Part shown: positions 9,112 through 12,599 of the stretch, piece after piece
Numbering within the stretch: position 1 is the stretch's first letter
How the letters are laid out: every line of letters begins with the position of its first letter
NCBI GenBank assembly: GCA_038245785.1
Contig: JBBRSB010000053.1
Span: 1 to 12,599 of the forward strand
Length of the DNA stretch: 12,599 bases
Reading direction: 5' to 3'
From: Gloeobacterales cyanobacterium
Lineage (GTDB): Bacteria > Cyanobacteriota > Cyanobacteriia > Gloeobacterales > PMM-0068
Program-made: the position numbers and the translations under genes
The notes under the pieces: generated by a model
Seen by the model: the letters and a program-made list of their open reading frames with translations, nothing else
The model's database searches: none
Told to the model about the DNA's origin: nothing

Positions 9112-9977
9112 TTCAGAGCTTGGACCCCAATTGAAAATTGAGCTTCTAGATGGGCACCAGGCGCAAGTACCTGCACCCCCTCTCCAGAGTTCAGACTATT
9201 ACGCGGTCCCATCCAGGGCTCCAAGCAACAGAACCCTTTATCTTTCAGGGTCCAGAAAACTAAATATTTAAATACAGGGTCGTAGGTCAAGCCAATGGCC
9301 ACACCGACCCTGGGCCTGACCATGTATGCTTCTTGAGCATGAACATCTGTAAAAATCCAGTCAATAACAGGGTCTGCAAAAGAAAATCGTCCTTCACTAA
9401 ATTTCCCCGTGGCCCCCGTCACTTGGTCTCGATAGGTTTGGGCAGGGATCATGATTTCAAGGCTATTTTTGTCTAGGATGGTGAAATAGGGATGGAATCC
9501 AGCACTAAACGGCATGGGACTATCACCCTGATTTTCATAGCGTTGAAGAATTTGTAGCTGATTACCGGCGAGGCGATAGGTAAAGGCTAAACGGAACTCA
9601 AAGGGATAGCTGGCGAGCGTTTCTGCATCTGCTTTCAGTTCTAGGGTAATTGACGGATTCTCTCCCTCATCCATATCTGTAACCGACCAAGGTTTATTGC
9701 GCGCAAACCCATGACGAGCAAGCGTATAGGCCGTGTCTCCCACGTGGTAACTATCTTCCTGAAGGTTGCCACAAATGGGGAAGAGGATCGGATTTCCCCC
9801 CCGGATATTGGTTTTGGGGTCAGTAAGCGTAGCTTGATCGAGATAAAAAATTTCTTGTTCTAAAGCTTTAAATCCGATACAAATACCGCCGCGAGCGGGC
9901 AAGAATTCAGCCTGTGAGCCTGTTCTCGGATTTTCAATGCGCCAATATCCAGGTTGATACTCATAAACTTTGCCCAT
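9105..9977 (-). CDS. Aldose 1-epimerase / galactose mutarotase-like protein
   Basis: Motifs RGGNPILFPICG, HGFAR, YPFEF, PFSAGFHPYF, VFWT and CLEPW. Confidence 0.9.
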   Translation of the reverse strand: MGKVYEYQPGYWRIENPRTGSQAEFLPARGGICIGFKALEQEIFYLDQATLTDPKTNIRGGNPILFPICGNLQEDSYHVGDTAYTLARHGFARNKPWSVTDMDEGENPSITLELKADAETLASYPFEFRLAFTYRLAGNQLQILQRYENQGDSPMPFSAGFHPYFTILDKNSLEIMIPAQTYRDQVTGATGKFSEGRFSFADPVIDWIFTDVHAQEAYMVRPRVGVAIGLTYDPVFKYLVFWTLKDKGFCCLEPWMGPRNSLNSGEGVQVLAPGAHLEAQFSIGVQALNR

Positions 9978-9986
9978 GGTTGACCT

Positions 9987-10697
9987 TCAGTTCACCTGAC
10001 CCTCAGCTAACAGGTGAATCAGTTCTACGTCAATGTCTTCGTAAAATATTTCCTGGTTTAGTTCTACCAATCCTCGGCTCGAAAGAAACAACAGCGCCAA
10101 AAATCCGCCAACGCGGTCTTCATTGGGGCGCAGCAATTGAGGAAACCTGAGTGTTTTTTGCTGCATTTGGTTTTCCAAAAGTCGCTCATGCATCCAGGCA
10201 ATCAATTCTTCTAAATCTTCGTGGTGGGCTAGTTCTTCTACTTCTTCCAGCGTCCTGACGGTCACTGATTGACGGCGTTGGGTTGCTTGAGTGCGCACAA
10301 CTTGACGCTCAAGCGTCTCCATCTCTTTGAGTTGAGAAATGAGATCCATCAGGGTTAAGGGACGTTGAACATAGGCAGGAACCGAAGGACGGCGTCGGAT
10401 ACTTCTTTCTAAATGGAGCGGGAGTTGTACCCAGTTAGAGGTATCGAGGAGTTCTTCTTGTGGTTCAACCTCTTGGGGAGCGTCCCAAGGAATCGTAGCC
10501 TGTTCTGCCAAAGCCTCTGCTTTCATACGCACCAAAACAGACGCATAGAAAATAGCCTGTCCAGAGCGTCCCAGGTCTTGGATATCCCCTAAAGATTCTA
10601 AAAAGCGGTCAGTCAAATGAACTACGTCCAAGTCCCAAGGGTCAATTTCCCCCTTGCGCGCCAGATCAATGAGCAAACCGATCGCATCTTTCTGCAT
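9987..10697 (-). CDS. scpA: Segregation and condensation protein A (kleisin subunit of SMC-ScpAB)
   Basis: LLIDLARKGEIDPWDLDVVHLTDRFL, YASVLVRMKA, RPLTLMDLI and the C-terminal winged helix FLALLFLS..VELNQEIFYEDI. Confidence 0.92.
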   Translation of the reverse strand: MQKDAIGLLIDLARKGEIDPWDLDVVHLTDRFLESLGDIQDLGRSGQAIFYASVLVRMKAEALAEQATIPWDAPQEVEPQEELLDTSNWVQLPLHLERSIRRRPSVPAYVQRPLTLMDLISQLKEMETLERQVVRTQATQRRQSVTVRTLEEVEELAHHEDLEELIAWMHERLLENQMQQKTLRFPQLLRPNEDRVGGFLALLFLSSRGLVELNQEIFYEDIDVELIHLLAEGQVN

Positions 10698-10919
10698 AGA
10701 GCAAGATTAGCATTAAGTACTGCCTTATGAGTTGATATTTGCCCTAATTTTTACAAACTATTTGATGGAAGACCGGTGCAATTACGCTCAAGCATAGCTA
10801 GCTATGACAACGACCTTGGACTATATAAAAGTTTGGCGAGAATTACTCAAATTAATCTATTACGCATACGCTTGGTAAGCTTCTCTAAAGTAATCAGCAT
10901 ATTCAATTGATACCTTGGA

Positions 10920-10958
10920 TTGAAAAAGTATTTAATGCGCTGTATTATGGTGCAATAC
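10920..10958 (+). promoter_or_regulatory. Sigma70-type promoter with overlapping inverted-repeat operator for the TA operon
   Basis: TTGAAA (10920-25), a 17-nt spacer, then TATTAT (10943-48). GTATT-N7-AATAC (10942-58) overlaps the -10. AAGGA SD follows. Confidence 0.6.
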
Positions 10959-10971
10959 GCGAAGGAATTTT

Positions 10972-11220
10972 ATGATGGATGGAGTTAAAGAAACCGTTAG
11001 TTTTCGCTTAGATCCTAGTCTTAAGGCGGCATTGGATGAAGTGGGTTTGGTCTTAGACCGCGACCGCACCTGGATTATCAATGATGCCTTGAGAGCTTAC
11101 CTAGAGGTTTACCACTGGCAGCTCAAGCATATTGATCAGGCCATTGCTGGGGCGGATCGTGGTGAATTTGCTACAGAGCAAGAGGTCAAGGCCGCTTTTG
11201 ATGCCTGGCGCTCGGAGTGA
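10972..11220 (+). CDS. CopG/ribbon-helix-helix antitoxin of a type II TA pair
   Basis: TVSFRLDPSLKAALDEV..DRDRTWIINDALRAYL (RHH) with a C-terminal ADRGEFATEQEV typical of ParE/RelE partners. Its stop overlaps a GTG (GTGA). Confidence 0.88.
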   Translation: MMDGVKETVSFRLDPSLKAALDEVGLVLDRDRTWIINDALRAYLEVYHWQLKHIDQAIAGADRGEFATEQEVKAAFDAWRSE

Positions 11221-11505
11221 AAAAAAATCCTTTGGCAAAGGCAGGCTATTACCGACTTATATGATGCACAAGCGTATATTCGGACTCAAAACCCAGAGGC
11301 AGCAAGGAGCACGATTGACCGGATTGAAAAGGTGATCAATCAGCTGCAATCTTTCCCGATGAGCGGACGGCCTGGGCGCAGGACCAATACGCGCGAATTA
11401 GTGATCACACGCACACCTTTCATTGTGATTTATCGAGTCAGCGAAGACTCAGTGGAGATCCTGTCCTTGTTCCATGCCTCGAAACAATGGCCAGACAAGA
11501 CTTAG
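11217..11505 (+). pseudogene. ParE/RelE-family toxin, frameshifted at an A8 tract directly after its GTG start
   Basis: Frame from 11221 reads KKILWQRQAITDLYDAQAYIRTQNPEAARSTIDRIEKVINQLQSFPMSGRPGRRTNTRELVITRTPFIVIYRVSEDSVEILSLFHASKQWPDKT*, a typical ParE/RelE pattern. GTG 11217 followed by 8 A's (11220-27) reads another frame and stops at 11264. Confidence 0.82.
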
Positions 11506-11550
11506 CTTTTGCTAATGCTTACCTAGTTGTTAGAAAAGCAGCATTAAAAA
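11505..11550. terminator. Possible bidirectional stem-loop between convergent genes
   Basis: TAATGCT (11513-19)/AGCATTA (11540-46) flanked by TTTT and AAAA, with an alternative pairing GCTTTT..CTAAT/GTTAG-AAAAGC. It is AT-rich and weak. Confidence 0.3.
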
Positions 11551-11553
11551 CTT

Positions 11554-12054
11554 TTATGCGCTGGGTGAAGCATTTCTTGCTGCGATGCCTGCTTCCTGTC
11601 TCCACTGCCGTCTCCAGAGGATAAGCACAAGCCAAACCATGAAAATCCTAACGGCTAAGGGCAAGGTATCAGGGAGTTCTACAGCTGCTTTTCGTGTGAA
11701 CCAATGCTCTGGATAGATGGAGCCTAAAACTTGACTTCCTTGCTGCAGAACAAAAGTCCGTCCAAAAATAGAGTGTGCTTTGACGGTCAGTTGTATTCCT
11801 TGATAGTCCACTGTAAAGGAGCGCAGGAATATATTCGGTCTACTAGCCCGAGCGAGGATAGCGACATCTTCTTCCAGCACAAAAGTCCTGCTTAGAAACT
11901 TTTCTCTATAGATTTTGTAGGTTCTGCCCTGAAGTCTAAAAGTTCCTGCTTCTCTAACCCAGGCGAGATCAAGGTCCGCAACAGGACTGCCCTGCTCCAA
12001 GACCTTGTAGTTCCAGGAAAACCAGTTCTGTGGAATAGCATTAATCGTGCTCAT
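11554..12054 (-). CDS. Hypothetical protein, probable tubby C-terminal/LURP-one-like beta-barrel
   Basis: Repeated beta-hairpin units (WFSWNYKV, FLSRTFVL, IFLRSFTV, IFGRTFVL, WFTRKAAV) then a hydrophobic C-terminal helix (LPLAVRIFMVWLVLILW). The fold is inferred from pattern only. Confidence 0.6.
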   Translation of the reverse strand: MSTINAIPQNWFSWNYKVLEQGSPVADLDLAWVREAGTFRLQGRTYKIYREKFLSRTFVLEEDVAILARASRPNIFLRSFTVDYQGIQLTVKAHSIFGRTFVLQQGSQVLGSIYPEHWFTRKAAVELPDTLPLAVRIFMVWLVLILWRRQWRQEAGIAARNASPSA

Positions 12055-12269
12055 CCTTCAGACCCCACTTCTTAGAACCTGACGGATGTCTATCCTTATC
12101 TGTGCCTTTTCTTTCTCTCAAGACAAAAGATTGACTAGCACGGTGCCGCCTCTACGCCTCCTCGACAAGCCAGAAGTTCTTTGTCAAGCTCATCACCACT
12201 AGGCAGGGAGAAACCAGATGCCACGAATATCTATCTCTAAAAGTTTTTTTGGACGGGGTCCATGAGGAT

Positions 12270-12453
12270 AGCCTAATGTCCCTTTTTAAGTAATTAGGCT
12301 GCAAATCTTCGTTTATCCACCAGAAGAGATACTGAGGCTGTCTGCCTAATCCTCTTATATGGGGGCAAAATACGGAAAGCATGTCTTTCTAGTATGATGT
12401 ATCGGCGATTAGGCAGACTTTTGCAGCCTAAGAGCCCCAAATTGGGTGATTAG
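12270..12453. repeat. Cluster of GCCTAA/TTAGGC inverted repeats forming a nested stem structure
   Basis: Perfect 12-bp pairs at 12294-12305/12420-12431 and 12340-12351/12407-12418. AGCCTAAT (12270)/ATTAGGCT (12293). Confidence 0.65.
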
Positions 12454-12599
12454 ATGCCGTCTTGGGAGTCAAGGGGTAGTACTCAAATAATTAGGGTCAA
12501 AGGGCTTCCCAGACTTGAGGACCCCAAAGATGAGATGGGCTAGTTTCCGCATCGCTGCCACAATCACCTGCATCTTGTTCTTCCCTTTGCTCAACAGTC
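12452..12599 (-). mobile_element. IS110-family (IS621-like) insertion sequence, right end; continues beyond the window
   Basis: The transposase C-terminus is followed by TTGACTCCCAAGACGGCATCT, which has a -35-like TTGACT and a terminal CT core like IS621-group right ends. The boundary is inferred from that resemblance. Confidence 0.8.
12469..12599 (-). CDS. IS110-family transposase (bridge recombinase), C-terminal 42 aa only
   Basis: Hand translation LLSKGKNKMQVIVAAMRKLAHLIFGVLKSGKPFDPNYLSTTP* matches the GK..K..A.MRKL...GVLKSG.PFD tail of IS110 transposases. Not in the ORF track. Confidence 0.88.
   Translation of the reverse strand, partial: LLSKGKNKMQVIVAAMRKLAHLIFGVLKSGKPFDPNYLSTTP

Noticed and set aside
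9987..10697. scpA without scpB/smc, or a Wadjet/Mks-like defence system
   Set aside because: It looks like an ordinary housekeeping ScpA. Unlinked scpA and scpB are common, and no jet/mks partners are present.
10793..10878. 24-aa ORF MTTTLDYIKVWRELLKLIYYAYAW (10804-10878) behind the palindrome CATAGCTAGCTATG
   Set aside because: There is no SD and no homology evidence. It is too short to support without ribosome profiling.
11132..11335. 67-aa plus-strand ORF as the TA toxin
   Set aside because: It is in the wrong frame. The ParE/RelE-like sequence is in the 11221-11505 frame.
12152..12382. 76-aa minus-strand ORF
   Set aside because: It has no motif and no clear SD, and it runs through the inverted-repeat cluster. 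An in-frame stop three codons upstream argues against it being the tail of an IS-interrupted gene.
12287..12431. Structured region as the IS110 bridge/seek RNA or a retron msr-msd
   Set aside because: It lies outside the inferred CT end, IS621-type elements encode the RNA upstream of the transposase, and there is no reverse transcriptase in the window. Not fully excluded until the IS boundary is confirmed.

Overview
This is a cyanobacterial-looking chromosomal window (inferred from protein families; I saw no GCGATCGC/HIP1 octamer). From left to right it holds: the 5' part of an IS630-N-terminus-like HTH gene (-), an AT-rich divergent spacer with a 32-bp palindrome and TTACGTA cluster, and an MBL-fold hydrolase (+). 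Next is a minus-strand module of exported thioredoxin, CcdA, ECF sigma and RskA-type anti-sigma, with two matching ATCC-N16-CGTAG ECF promoter motifs. Then come an RhlE/CrhC-type DEAD-box helicase with a structured leader, a nadM-nadV NAD salvage pair bracketed by two inverted copies of a small MITE/REP-like element, an aldose epimerase-family gene and scpA. The right end has an RHH antitoxin plus a ParE/RelE toxin that is out of frame at an A8 tract, a tubby/LURP-like hypothetical gene, a nested inverted-repeat cluster, and the 3' end of an IS110 (IS621-like) element whose CT core junction falls in a copy of that cluster's motif. Three coding regions (HTH, toxin, transposase) are absent from the supplied ORF track and were translated by hand. 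No database searches or folding programs were run.
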